Origin: Phoronis australis | Lineage: Eukaryota; Animalia; Phoronida | Reading direction: 5' to 3' | Length of the DNA stretch: 64,000 bases | Assembly: GCA_002633005.1 (NCBI GenBank) | Contig: NMRA01000621.1 | Coordinates: 1-64,000 of the forward strand | Shown here: positions 37,074 through 50,000 of the stretch, one piece after another | How the letters are laid out: every line of letters begins with the position of its first letter | Position numbering within the stretch: the first letter of the stretch is position 1 | Program-made: the position numbers and the translations under genes | The notes under the pieces: generated by a model | Told to the model about the DNA's origin: nothing | Database searches by the model: none | What the model saw: the letters and a program-made list of their open reading frames with translations, nothing else

Positions 37074-37932
37074 TTAAGGTTATCTCAAACCTTATTTAGT
37101 GGACTAAATTCTAACTCGTATATAAAAAACTAAGCTTTGTCAACTAGTAAAAGTATATATTTTCTAAAAGAAAAAAGATCAGGGAATATAAAAACATGCT
37201 TTGTATTTATGTACCATTATTATTATTACGCTAACACCTCATTTTAGCTAAAATTTCATTTTTAGAATGGTATATTCATAGCAAAATAACTCCTCAGTCG
37301 ATTTTAATGAAACCTTTTTTTAAGTGAAAGATTCACCAGTAACCTTACAAACGCTGATAGGAATTTTCTATTAGTCTTTTCGTTTGGTTTCTATGGAAAA
37401 TCAACTCAAAAAACGTAGGGTAATTTTGTAAAAACAGAATTCGTATTCGTCTTTGTTACATTACGAAAAAATTAGGCCTTTATATCGAAAATCCCAACAG
37501 AGTTTTTGAGATTGATGAATAGATATAAAGTTTGGAAAGTTATATCGAAATCTACCAAACCGTTTTCGAGAACTCGTGTTCCCGAGTTCAACGTAAGTCA
37601 ATTTGCACCGTTCTATCATAAGTACACCTCGTTGGCTCAATATTATGGAGACTGGGTGAATGAAAGGATTGAGGCTACATACGAAGTTGCTCTGTACCTG
37701 GCGAGAGATTCCATTTGAGTGACATCTCAGTAACCTTTGACCGCAGATAAGTAGTAAACAAATATCCACGCGGTTGTGGGGTTCCAAGCTGGTTCTTCTA
37801 AATTTTTTTCTCGCTGCACGGTATATATGTCATATTTGAAGTTCCCCGAAAATGAAACTAAGGTATTTTGCTAGTCACATGTGAAACATTGTGAAAATAG
37901 CCAATTTTTGTGAATAAGGTTTGCGATAGCCA
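37074..37932. mobile_element. Non-autonomous TIR element with TTAA flank and GG terminus (Kolobok-like)
   Basis: ttaa-ggttatctcaaaccttatt at the left and aataaggtttgcgatagcc at the right. A second partial copy at 11437-11754 ends in ccc-ttaa. Confidence 0.65.
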
Positions 37933-38449
37933 ACCCCAGAAGGCCCAGATTTTCAAAAATGTACTTAAACATTGTTTGAGCCCAATAACACTTAAAGATA
38001 GGTCAATAGATGATGAGAAAAACATTAAAAGAAAAATTGCACCCAATGACCTCGTTTTGTACAATGTTGCAATTTTGCAACTGTGGGAGCTGATAGTAGC
38101 AAATGTCCCATGTTTATCTAGACATTTATTTGTGAAAATCATTACAAAACAACATGAGATGAAACACTGTTTATATATTACAATTTCTCTAATTATCTGA
38201 TTAAAACTCTTCCAACATTACTTCTGCTCAATTTCAGATACTAAGTTTGTTATATACTAGTGAAATATGTTAGTAAAGTTTAGTAGTTCGCATAAAATTT
38301 CTATAGTAAAGTCAACACAATGTGTTCAAAGATCTCTTCGGTAGCCTCTATGGGCCACTGATTCACACTGTTGCATCTAAACATCACACAATTTATTTGT
38401 AAAAACTAAATGTGATACAGACAGAAACAGTTTTTTTTTTTTGTGAAAT

Positions 38450-39065
38450 GAAGCATTTCTCGCACACTTCCAGTATGCCGTCAACACAGTACTTGCAACG
38501 ACCTCTTTTAGCAATTTTTATGGGTCAGCGACCAACACCATTGTAGCTAACGTCACGCGGAACAGTTGCTTTTCTTGCCATCTTTGCTGGTGCAGGTTTT
38601 GGCAACTTAACCTCACCCAACGATAGCCGGCCTCGCTTGGGAGCTTTGCACAGTGACGTCGCAATATGGGCCTGGAAAGTTCTCAGCTTCATGAGCTCAC
38701 CTTCGGGATTTGAAGAGCACAATTTTTTTGGTACAACAGCTAAGAGTTGACAACGGCAAGGGTATAACGTGCCAAAAAGGTACAGATATCCCCTTCCGGA
38801 TGTGATGAAGTACTTGTACTTTGCTGACAGAGCATCCAACAGGTCGACACCATCCATAAACTTATTGCACTGGCTGCACACAAAATTGCCACATTGCCTT
38901 GGAATTTAGACATGGGCCTTAGAGCTTTTGTCCCATATTCCTAACATCAGTTGGACTAGCAGCAACAAAAGGTGACGTCACAGTTACTGGCTTGTTGTCA
39001 TACAAGTGCACAACGCACATGTTTTCGTCGACCTCGACTTTTTCTTCAAATGAACCCCTTCCTTA
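38450..39065 (-). mobile_element. piggyBac-family transposase relic (frameshifted, internally deleted)
   Basis: Fragments GRGSFEEK...VVHLYDNKPVTVTS, CNKFMDGVDLLDAL..KY (YN..MGGVD..D motif) and the C-terminal Cys-rich KRGRCKYC....VCEKC. The element probably spans ~37933-39572. Confidence 0.85.
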
Positions 39066-40510
39066 TTTTTGAGACTGCACCCATGGATGCGATAGGCTCG
39101 TATACCAGTATTGGTTCATCGTCACTGTCAGACCTTTGATCATCTCCAGCAAGTAATTCTCATCTCCATCTAACAAATGCGCCACATCGCCCAACTCGAG
39201 GGTTTTCCTTGTCGTTTTGAATCTAAAAATTAATCAGGAAATCGTTTAACCCATTCAATTTAGGTTCTATATTACATGCATTTCGAAGTAAAATTTCGAC
39301 AAATAGCGAGCAATAAACAATAACATAAGTTCATAAAGATGCTGGCTGAGATCCTATACAATCATGATAGTGAATGAGATGTCAAAGACACAACAGACGA
39401 AAGACCCGGTACCACAAGAAAGCAAAATGTTTAATTTATTTACACAGTCAAAAATTAAAATCTAACAAGTCAAACTTAATAACTGTTCAGAAGAATAGAT
39501 ATATTACTCAAAAGAAAAAAAAAACAAACTACTGTGGTTTTGTTAAAAAACATTTAGCATTAACTGGGTGTTAACCTTACCTAGGGTCAGACAGAAGACT
39601 AAGTACAAGTGTTGGCATGGTGATGACAGAGCCCAGTGTTGCAATTACGCAACATGGCTTTTCAGGAAAAGCACACTTAGATAACAGAACATTATTTAAC
39701 ATAAGGTTTACACCAGTAAATAACATGACATTTAATGGTTTCACTCCATAATATTGCAATAATAAATTTACCTGGACTGAGTAGAGAATGTCTTGGCCTT
39801 TTGCTCAGAGGACAGCTTACAACATGGCGGCAGACATCTTGAATTTCTAATTCAAATAGCTTGTTTATCAAAAGAGGTCCCTCACACTGTAACAATACTG
39901 CAACAATGGCGCTTGGAGGGTACACAATTAAAAATAGGAGTGGAAATGATTGGGGGCTTAATTATAGATTATCAAAAGTTGTGTTGCAATATTACAACAT
40001 GAGGCCTTCCAGGATTTGACCTATATGTAAATCAAACCTTGGTCTTCGACTGGTTTAATGCCGCAAATAGATCATGGTGATCTCCAAACACCTTCATCAG
40101 GACGCTTAATATATGACATCGAGCACAGTATTGTAATGTGCACAGCAGTCCGTTTACTTCTTAAGCAACCACTAGCATGTCATGCCGGGGTGATGAATTA
40201 CTGAACAAAACTTACTATTTCCGTACCGCACACCTTCATGTGCGTTATTAGCTTTGACTCCAGTGGTAAAACTGCAAACTCCATTGTGTTTTGCAATTTT
40301 CTAAGAAACCACCCTCTATGCTCCGAAACTGCATCACTATTTCAAGTAAACGATCCAGCACTTAGTCAGAAACGAATGTAATTCTGGTATTGATCCAAAA
40401 CATAGCCAGTGGACCTTTGGTCAGACCACTAAAACCGGTGGTCTGACATTTGCGCTAGCAGGACTGGCCTTATAAATTATTGAAGGTGTTTTTACCTGCA
40501 CGTGACTGCG

Positions 40511-40590
40511 AAATAACTGAGTCCATAGTCACGCTCCTGTCTTATCCTCAAATAACTGAGTCCATAGTCACGCTCCTGTCTTATCCTCAA
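40511..40590. repeat. 40-bp perfect tandem duplication
   Basis: aaataactgagtccatagtcacgctcctgtcttatcctca occurs twice. Confidence 0.9.
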
Positions 40591-40889
40591 AAGCAAAACC
40601 AGCGAATGCAAGCATACTAGGGAGTTTTAGATTCTGTGAAAAACCGTAACGTATTCACTACTTGTACGAAATTTGCAATTTTGATTATTAACAAGGTGTT
40701 GAGTTCAAACTCCAACGTTTAGAACACGTGCGTGGTTAAAGTTGATGCTAAAACGATGCATTGTGTCCAAAAAAAAACAATATATATATAAAAAATAATT
40801 GCAGGCGTTGTATCAGACACGTTGTATCAGACGTGCACAGGCCTCGCATGTGGGCCCATTGCACTGATCATCTGGAAATATTTTTATGC

Positions 40890-41014
40890 TTTATTGATAT
40901 ATGGTTAAAACCGAGCTGAGGAGCTAGAAACCTGGCTCAAGGGTTTAGCAGTGGGACTTGAACCCACGACCTCGAGTAAAGAAAGCGGGCACTTATCAAC
41001 CAGGCCACACTGCC
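40890..41014 (-). mobile_element. tRNA-derived SINE head
   Basis: The minus strand reads ggcagtgtggcctggttgataag (A-box-like) ... gtgggttcaagtccc (B box). No convincing full cloverleaf. Confidence 0.55.
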
Positions 41015-44000
41015 TCCTCAAAAAAACAATGCACAACAATCATTTTTTTCGCAGCGCCACCAATGTGTGCAAGAGGTGAAAATTTTTACCTTTAGTTATA
41101 ACACCACGTGATCGGTCTTTACGCCACTGCCGTAAGACGGTAAACGCAAAAACAAAAGTTTTCTACCCATGTGACCGAAAACTTATACTTACTTTAGTTA
41201 AGTGACATTTTCTCATTTAATCCCCTCGACAATCGAGTTTTGAAATACATCGCCATCTTTAATTAATCAGAGATTCGACTTTTGAAAAACATTACAAAAT
41301 TATTCAACGAGCTCGCCCGTTTCTGACTCTCCACTTGGCAGCTGGGCTGTCATGTCCGTGGGTCCGGCTCAGTCGCTGTACATGCGTGTGGTACAACTGC
41401 CAGCACTGACCCAGCAATACAGTTTATAGATATTTCTATTACCATGTTTGTGTCAAGGAAACTACGTACTACTATACAGTGTAAACAACCTTTCACATTT
41501 TACTCGCCTGCTTTTAAAGTACATCAAATGTCAAGGTACATCAAATGTCAAGATCGTTTCTTGAGGTACAAACAAAAGTGTTGGTAGCGTGAAAATCTGA
41601 CGCACTGTTCGAGCACTGTTACCTTCGTTTTCACTTTTGAACTACAGGTAAAAGTAAAGTAAGCGTAAACAAAACCTAAAGTTGTTTGATAGGTACTTGG
41701 TTTCGTAGAGTTCATTTGTAAGTTAATGATAACGATTTCTGCCTCGTTTTCGGAACCGTTCATTAGTAACAACATTTCCACGATTACACTTCAACCAAAA
41801 GTGTAAAACAGTTTCATATAATTGGTCTTGTTTGCCGAACCTGTGTGTGCCTGGATCTCCGTGAAGTGGCACGACCGAAAAAGTCCTGGTACCCACACAC
41901 TGTATTTAAAAGGATGCCAAACCCGGTTTTGGCCTGTGAACAGTTATTGAAAACGACGTACCCATCCATCTCTCCGAAACAAAATAACGCTCAGCAACCC
42001 TCGACAACCCTTAAATGTTAGGAAGAAGTTTTGAAAAAAAAATCTGTGGCATGGGGACTATGAGTGTTTAGACGATTCCTGATATCATCTTTAAAAATTG
42101 AATCCAATGATCGTTAGCAGTTGGTAGAACGAGGATTGGCTGAAGTCATGAGGACAGAGTTTGCAGTATCCTTTCCAAACTTCTCGTTACTCTCAAACCC
42201 AGACTCTATTAGCATTTGAGCCTGGCGTTGTTCTCTGACATCTAGTTCTTGCGTGGTCACCCGAGGATGACTTCAACGGTTTACTTAAATCAACTGAACA
42301 TAAAAACATCCGTTCACAACGGCGTGACAAACCGTAATCCGAATCACGAGTTAGCATTGCTAATGACCTATCATAAAACAATAGACAGAGTGGAGTTCAT
42401 GATGGCTTCTACAGAAATTTGAGAGAGCACAAAACACAAGACGAGTTAAAGGGTTATATGGGGGCATAGTCTACAAAGTCTATGCATTGAGCTCAACATT
42501 TACGAAACTTGGGAACTAACTTTACAAGCAGAAAGTTTTGATTTTTGACTTCATAGCATTCCGGCTGCAATTGATTTGCTGCGGATATCTTGTCCTTTTA
42601 ATATTTTTTGCAAACACAAATCCTTCGAGCCCTAATTTTGGTAGCCCTTCATGCCAAGGTGTGAACAAACACCTCTTGGTGAAAAATGCATAAAGTATGG
42701 CATCTGAATGTTTCATTTGAATCCCATCAGCCATTTGTGAGAAATGATGTTCCCAAGTTACACATTAGTATTTTTCTACAATAACATCAAACTCGCTCTC
42801 TGCGTTCATTACCGAGGAAACAGGTTCCCGTCAATATCCACCATTGGTGAGCCAAGTGAGCTCAGAAACCAAATACAGAAAGATTGTTGAAAGAATATTT
42901 ACCTTTACAGATTCAGAAGCTGTTACCGTGTTTTATCAGCGTTACAACTTTCGGCTACTCACAACCCCGATATAAGCCCATATGAACGAAATCAGCTGAT
43001 AATGCTTGAAGGCCGAGACACGATATGACTCAGCCAAGGTCGGCTATTTTCCTTATGCCTGGTCGAGCCCATATTGAAATTCGGTATACATTATCAAAAG
43101 GAAGTCCGTCGCAAGAAATGTAATCGAATAAAAGGGACCTTGTTATTTATTATTCGAATACAAACAACAGACCATTCTATCGGCCAGGACAAACATCACA
43201 TGATCAGTGTCACATGCTATTGCCGCCTACGCTTGAAAAACCCTGACATTGTCTTTCCTCGCCGATCAATATTTCTCCAGTATTGATCGTGAACGAAAAT
43301 AGAATCGTGAGTCATAAAGAAAGTGATTGCCGACTTATGGTGTAATTTTTTATTCTCGACGTTTAAAGATGTCGAATTATTATACCCTATAGAAGACAAA
43401 TACTAAAATATCCGTTTGCGAGTGCAGTGGTTTCCCAATAAGCAACCAACTCGTTTGACCGCTGTCGTGTGACGTCACACGGCAAATGAACTCAGACAAG
43501 AATGTGGGGGTAATCGTTAAATCAGCTGATCGTGTGGTTCGACGAGACTGAGATCGAGATTTCTATGTGCCAAAATGCCTTCACTGCGTGCCCTCTACTT
43601 GAGTGACAATTTCAAAGCGCCGGCCGTTCAAAGTTTGTCGGGAGCATGTAATTACGGAAACTATGAAGCCGAAACGGACGATCAGGTGAGTTTCCTGGTT
43701 GTATGACATTTGAATCAACTCGTGTACTCAGCATGGGAGACAATCGGTCATGATTCTCCTACGATGCGGCAAAGTGCACTTTTATCTTAGATAGCCTTTG
43801 GTGTGACGTTGACCGTTTTATTACATAATTTGTTTGCTTGCCTTCCGACGCTTTGTGATAATCCGTAAGATTTAGGATAAGAACTTTAGTTTCATACTAC
43901 CAATGAAGGGACATTGAGATAACGAGCTACGGCGGGAAATTACAGGTATAGAAATAAATCTCAGCCAGCAGGCACCAAAGGGTAGTACAACTTTAGAGTA

Positions 44001-47000
44001 AATCCACTACACGAAAAGTTTATATCAACCGTTGATTACGTCCGACTTCGGAAAGCTTCTGGGTTGATTATTTATTCACAAATTGTGCAGCCTCAAATAA
44101 TGATATGGGGGCATTTGGTCTTGGCTTGGATTGTGGTAACGTCGACTTTAATTAACATACAGTTCATTAACATGGTTCGTGATTGTGGTTGTTCAGTATG
44201 AATATAAACAGTTATAAAATTTACGTCACGATTACAACCCGCAGCACCGCGTTCGCAATGACGTCTTTACGACCGCCTCAGGCACGACTGGGCGTAAGAC
44301 TTTTGATAAGACGGATCCATGGTGTGAGTTCATCTCTATAATGTTCTGTAACGCCTAGACTTATTGGGTAATTTGAGTTGCGGGTTGCCCTTTCCATACG
44401 CCTAGCCCAAAATGAACTGTAACTGTTACTTTTGTATTGAACTTGGCTTAAATTCGTCTTATCAGCATGTAATGACCTTAAAATTACCAGGTGTCATTGA
44501 CTGCGTCAGTTTCATAAGCGAATATTTTTCGTCGCCGCAAATGCCTCGCGATGGCGCCTACGGAGCGAAGCCCCATTCTGCCAGTAAATAACGAGTAGCG
44601 TTCGACAACTGCCTGCTGCCACTTGAAAGATTTGATTTGTGCATCATGACACATCTAAGTGTTTTCTGACAATAAGACACTGAATGCGACAAGCAACACT
44701 TTCAGAACTAAATCGATGTCAAACTTACAAGCATTTTGAGTTTGCTAGGCAACGCGCCTGGCGCCAAACGTGTTGAAACATGGCATTATCATGCCTCCGG
44801 TTATTCACCTGCGAATTCCTAGGTTTGCTCATAAAATAAAGCAGGTGTAATCGAAACCAGTTCAATGCCTTCGGACGTTACGTAAATTGTATTAACTGCC
44901 TGAATGGATGTCATGTTTAGTCAGTTTTAACGAACGGTCAAACACCCCGTCTATTGTAAACAATGGGCGTTTTATTAGGAATGTGCACAACTTCAGACTT
45001 CACACTGCGGGCTGCGGGAATATTTGCTATTCGGTAATATCGTTAACTAAGTCGTCAACTGACACCGAACTTACTCTGTACGCCAAGTAAGTGGACTGCG
45101 GTAAGTGACACTTCGTGAAAAGTGTTTTGTAACAGCAACGTTACGAAACCAAGATCGGTTCCAATTAAGTAATTAATGATATGTGGGGTCTTGTGCCTAC
45201 TTTCCACTCGGATAAAACTAAACGTCGACTCCCTATGCCTGGCGGCCAAACTGTAAAATAATGACGTTTTTCCGAGGTTTCTTCGTTATTTAACCCGACT
45301 TCCTTCAGTTCAGTTCCACGGTTCCATTCTAGTGCGCGTGCAAGTTAATTTCATCAATGACGTCAGGAAAGCATCACCAGTCCTGGTAATGTCTTCCTGA
45401 TGACATGAAATTTAGTGAGGGTTGTGTCATAAACCCAAATCGAGGAATGGCCTATTCTATATCTTCCATTTGTCTAAAATGTTCAAGCGTGTTATTGGTT
45501 CGTCAAGCTACCAATGTTTAACGGGGAATGACGACAAAAACGCCAGGTCGTAGCATGCGCGCACCCAGGGGGGGGCTCGGGGGCCACGAACGAGCCTCCC
45601 CATTTGGCGAAGTGGGCAAAAAGGTCCGCCTCTGAGAAACAAAAAGTGAGACAAAAGTCCACTAAACAAGCACAAACGTGCAATTCACGGTGGTGCCCTC
45701 TTTTTTAATTTTTTTTATTCCGCCCGAGTTTTGTTACCAAAAGGTCCACATCGGCAGGAATTCGAGCCCCTCCCCCCCCCCCCNCCACACACGTGTGCTG
45801 AGAAACGTTCCAGTGACGCAAAACACTCGCGAATAACGCTATTGGGACCACGTGCTTCGCTGTGTATTGCACTGCCATATCTCGCGGAGACTTTCGTGAT
45901 ATCGCTTCTCGCATACCAACTTGCTCTACGGAACCTAGGAGTTCGAAAGGTCATACACTCACTGAACTACGCATGTAGGTCAACAGTGCAAAAAATACGG
46001 CAAACATATAATGAGTCGGCCAAAACACATCTGTTTAGATCTGTTTACTCGCGATTAAGTGCACATATATGAAATTTCTTGAACAAGTACACATGAGAAA
46101 TAGCGTTTAAGTAGCTCTTGCAGTGTTCGTCAGTTTGTCGTTGAAGGTGCGAAAAATAAATCTTGGCAGCATTTTCGGAAATTTGTGGCAAAAGCGTGAA
46201 CGTTAGTTTTGTGCAAGACAAATTCTTATAATAAAGCTGTATTCAACTAATCTTCCTCTTGAAATGTATCATCTGTTAAATGGTTTTGACTAGTTATAAG
46301 CGTGTAAGTTATAAGCGATAACGGTATTTATTTTGACATAGAAGTGTACTGCTATCGTAAACCCTACTTCGTTTAAGGAGAACACGTTTATCAGCTACCA
46401 TTACGTCATTTCTTCTGACTTAACAAGGATAAGCACCAGAAGATGGCACGTGACGGTTTGAGTCAGCCACGGTCGCTTCCGTACACACAAGACACTCGCC
46501 AGTAAAGATAGTTATTGTGACCACGTTCTTCTCTTGTAATACATGGCAATACCTCGCGGAAACTTGCGAGGTCTTGTGATTTCGCGAGAATCTTGCATCC
46601 ACGAAAACCTTCCCATATAAACGAGGGCAATTTCCAGAGGAAGAATTGTACCCGCGAGTGTTCTCCCTCCGTGAGCACCATGTTTGAAAACTTCCTGATC
46701 ATGTATGAAATCTTGAGCCATGTTTGCAAAACTATGTGTCTTTTTTTAAAATATTGAGCCACGTTTGAAAAGCCCTTTGTTGTTTCTGCTTTGCAAGACA
46801 AATAATATCAAATAGCTATCGTACTTATTGTTGTTTTGAACTGCTACAAAATAATATCGACATGTATAGCTATTGTTTCTGGGAGTCAGAACTGAATATT
46901 AGGACGTGAAAACGCGACACGCAACTCGCACCATGTTTCGATTTTTACTCAGGGATAATCCTGAGGTCACAAAATTCTAGAACATTGGCAATTTTGTGAA

Positions 47001-50000
47001 TAGGTCAGCCAAACTAGTGCAGAGTAGCAACGGTATTATCATTATCTGTATTGACTTTAAAGCTTCCTTTAAATATCAAACAGTCCGAATTTTACCAGTT
47101 TATATCGGATGTTCATAAGCTACAACGTGACTTACTTTAATTGGGTCAGTTTCTACACTTGACATGCGCGAAATGTTCGAGGTTGGAACTGGGTTGGAAT
47201 CTGTCGCAGGTGAGAAGTCACTGTCACGTGTTTATTTCGAATAAAAATTCATCACTGATATTGGACAGGCTTCAGTAACGTCTTTTTTGAATCTAATCCA
47301 TTCAGTGGTTTGTTTATTAATTCAGTGTGCTGCTAGAAGCTGCAATCAGTTTTATGGGTCAATAACTGTGCCCATTTCTCTACTATCCAAACTCCACCAC
47401 TACGTCGAATCAAAAGTTGTCATATGGAATGCGCGTAATCGTGTGCATGACCCAAAGTAAAAAGGTTTGATTCCACGACAGGACAATTCAAAACCGAGGT
47501 TGCCAACTATAGTGATGAGCTTCTGTCAATAGATGGAGCCGTTGGCCTCTTGTTCGCTTTTGATTCACGTCCTGCCTCTTTGCATTATAGTCTGATAAAT
47601 CAATTCGAAAGCGAGGGCATTTGCTCAGATTTTTTACATTAACTACGTGACGATCTGATCTGATCTGTTTGCGCATTTTCCTCTAAAAGGAACAGCAAAT
47701 AACCGAAATCAGTTAGCAGCTAATTAAGTCACTCCGAATTTATCTCCACAAAATTACAGAAAATGAGGGAAATAAGTAACGATGTGAAATGCACATTGAA
47801 AACAAATTTTATTAAAGAAGTCATGGGCCAGCGCGAGTAGATGTGCGAACTCGAAACCAAGTATTATAATAAACAATGTTCAACCTGTGCAGTCGTTAGA
47901 ACACGGGTCCAGTCACGTGACAACTAGTTATTTGGCGATTTAAAACTCGTGACCGGAGATCTGTTGACACAGTTCACACAATACCCAAACGTAAACATAA
48001 CTTTTACGATTAATCCGGGTGCGGCGCGAGTACGAACGACCGTGGTCAGCTGACAGTAATGTAAATGGAGATCACGAAAGAGTTGCATAATAACTAGCAA
48101 CAGTTCTCAGTAACTGGCGTCCTTATTGTTGTTGATGAAGGCAACATATTCTAGTGCGTTTCTGCACCTATTCGGTACCTGCAACTCCGATTCTTCATTC
48201 TGCAATCACGACACTTTAGCTGTGCACCGCCGGAAACGTGCTTTTTTCTCTAATGTTGCGCTGTGGTCAATCAATCTAAGTAACCCATGTAGAAAATTAC
48301 ACCCAAGCCTTTCCATGCGAATTGTTATAGGCAACTGGTATTCTCTTCGAAATGCAGGCTCTATTTTACATTGGAAACTTCTTATCGTATTGATCAATCC
48401 CTCGAACACCATGTTTAATTTCAAGGATAATCTAGGAATTCCCACCAGTTCGTCTAGGATTTCAGAAATGGGGCGTCCAAAATTGGGTTCCCCTATTTCT
48501 CAGAGCGTCCATGACCAGTGAAGCGTGGCAGCGCTTATATGGACCTGTCAACTCTAGTTTATCGTACCCTATACCCGGTATATCTTTTGAAAGAAAGGTT
48601 AACGAGTTCCCTGGGCTGCTGTTATCAAGTTAAAAGAGGCACCAATGGTTAACTTGAGCGTCAAAATGAGAAACAGAATGTACATTGTTGAACAGGGCGT
48701 CATAGCTCGGGATCTGAATTTGAGTTATCACCCGCTAGATGAAAGCTGCTTGGAAGGACCGGTAGCAAAACCAACAACATCCCCCCGCAGTTCGGTAACC
48801 AGCATTTGTATTGTGCATAAATCATGCATAACATTTTGCCAGCACCACGATTACCACAAGTAAAACATGTCAAATTTTCCAAGATTATACAACACCGTCC
48901 CGCCGGAGTGGGGTTCCTTGTTTCTGAGGTTAGTGTTTTCGCCGCAATTCCCGCGCTATTTTGGTTTGAAGATAGAACCTGCACGTTTTATGGGGCTTAC
49001 TGGAAATCCAACTTGACAGTTGCTGACATGGAAATCGCCCAGAATGATTATCCCAGCGATGACTCAGTGGGTAGGTAAAGTATGCCACGTGGTATTTACT
49101 ACCTGAACTCTGCTTGAACCAACTGCTCCTGGGCGGAGTCGGTGGGAAAAAACAACAGCAATGTACGGGTCGACCCTATGGCCGGTTTGGAAGAGTTGCG
49201 CCAAACTTTTGTAAACATGTTCAAAAGACATGGTTCAACACAACAGCGTCTAACAGGATGCACAAGCTGCGCAGATGTTGGCACGCCTTAGCTATTCCTG
49301 TGCAACACATTTTGCTATAAAGCTTGCTTCGTGTTGGTCTCTGAGGAAAACCTGTGCAGCTCGACCCTCTTATCACATGCTTCGTTTGACAAGTCATATG
49401 TATACCACAACAACCCTTCCCGTACGCGTCAACCTCGGTCAGCCACAAACAAAAATTATGGCAAAAATATTATTTTTATACTTGATATTCTTGTCAATTG
49501 TACGTTAATACACAGATGAGTCAACGACGCAAATCTGTCTTGCACTGACGAACTAGGTTGTTCTTCATGACATCTTAAGTTAATTAAGTCTGGAAGGACT
49601 ATGTTGAGCATGGTTATTTAGGTCACATGGCGATGTAGATATTTAGGTCACCAATGATGGTTATAGTTTTGCATTCAGTGACTCGCTTGTATGAAAGTTT
49701 GGTTTACTGTAGTTTGTGTATAGCAACTAACTTGCCAAAGCAGTCCTAGTCATCTAACAAGTGAGGAACTCAGTTTAAATAAGAGCCGGCTCTCGTTCAG
49801 CCTGACCTCAATCAATATGCCAGGCGATAAGCAGATGCCCTCTGATTTGGATTAGCTGCGCATATCAAAGAGAGATTGTGAAATATTTCTATCTAAACTA
49901 GTGCATTCTTACCTTAACTTTGCCTTCTCCTCTAACGTTACCAACCGTCAACGCTGGCGAATAATTCCGGTGAGTAGGACAAGATTCCTTGTTTTGTTCG

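Noticed and set aside
40950-41014. Functional tRNA gene
   Set aside because: It has A/B boxes but no convincing anticodon stem or cloverleaf; better read as a SINE head.
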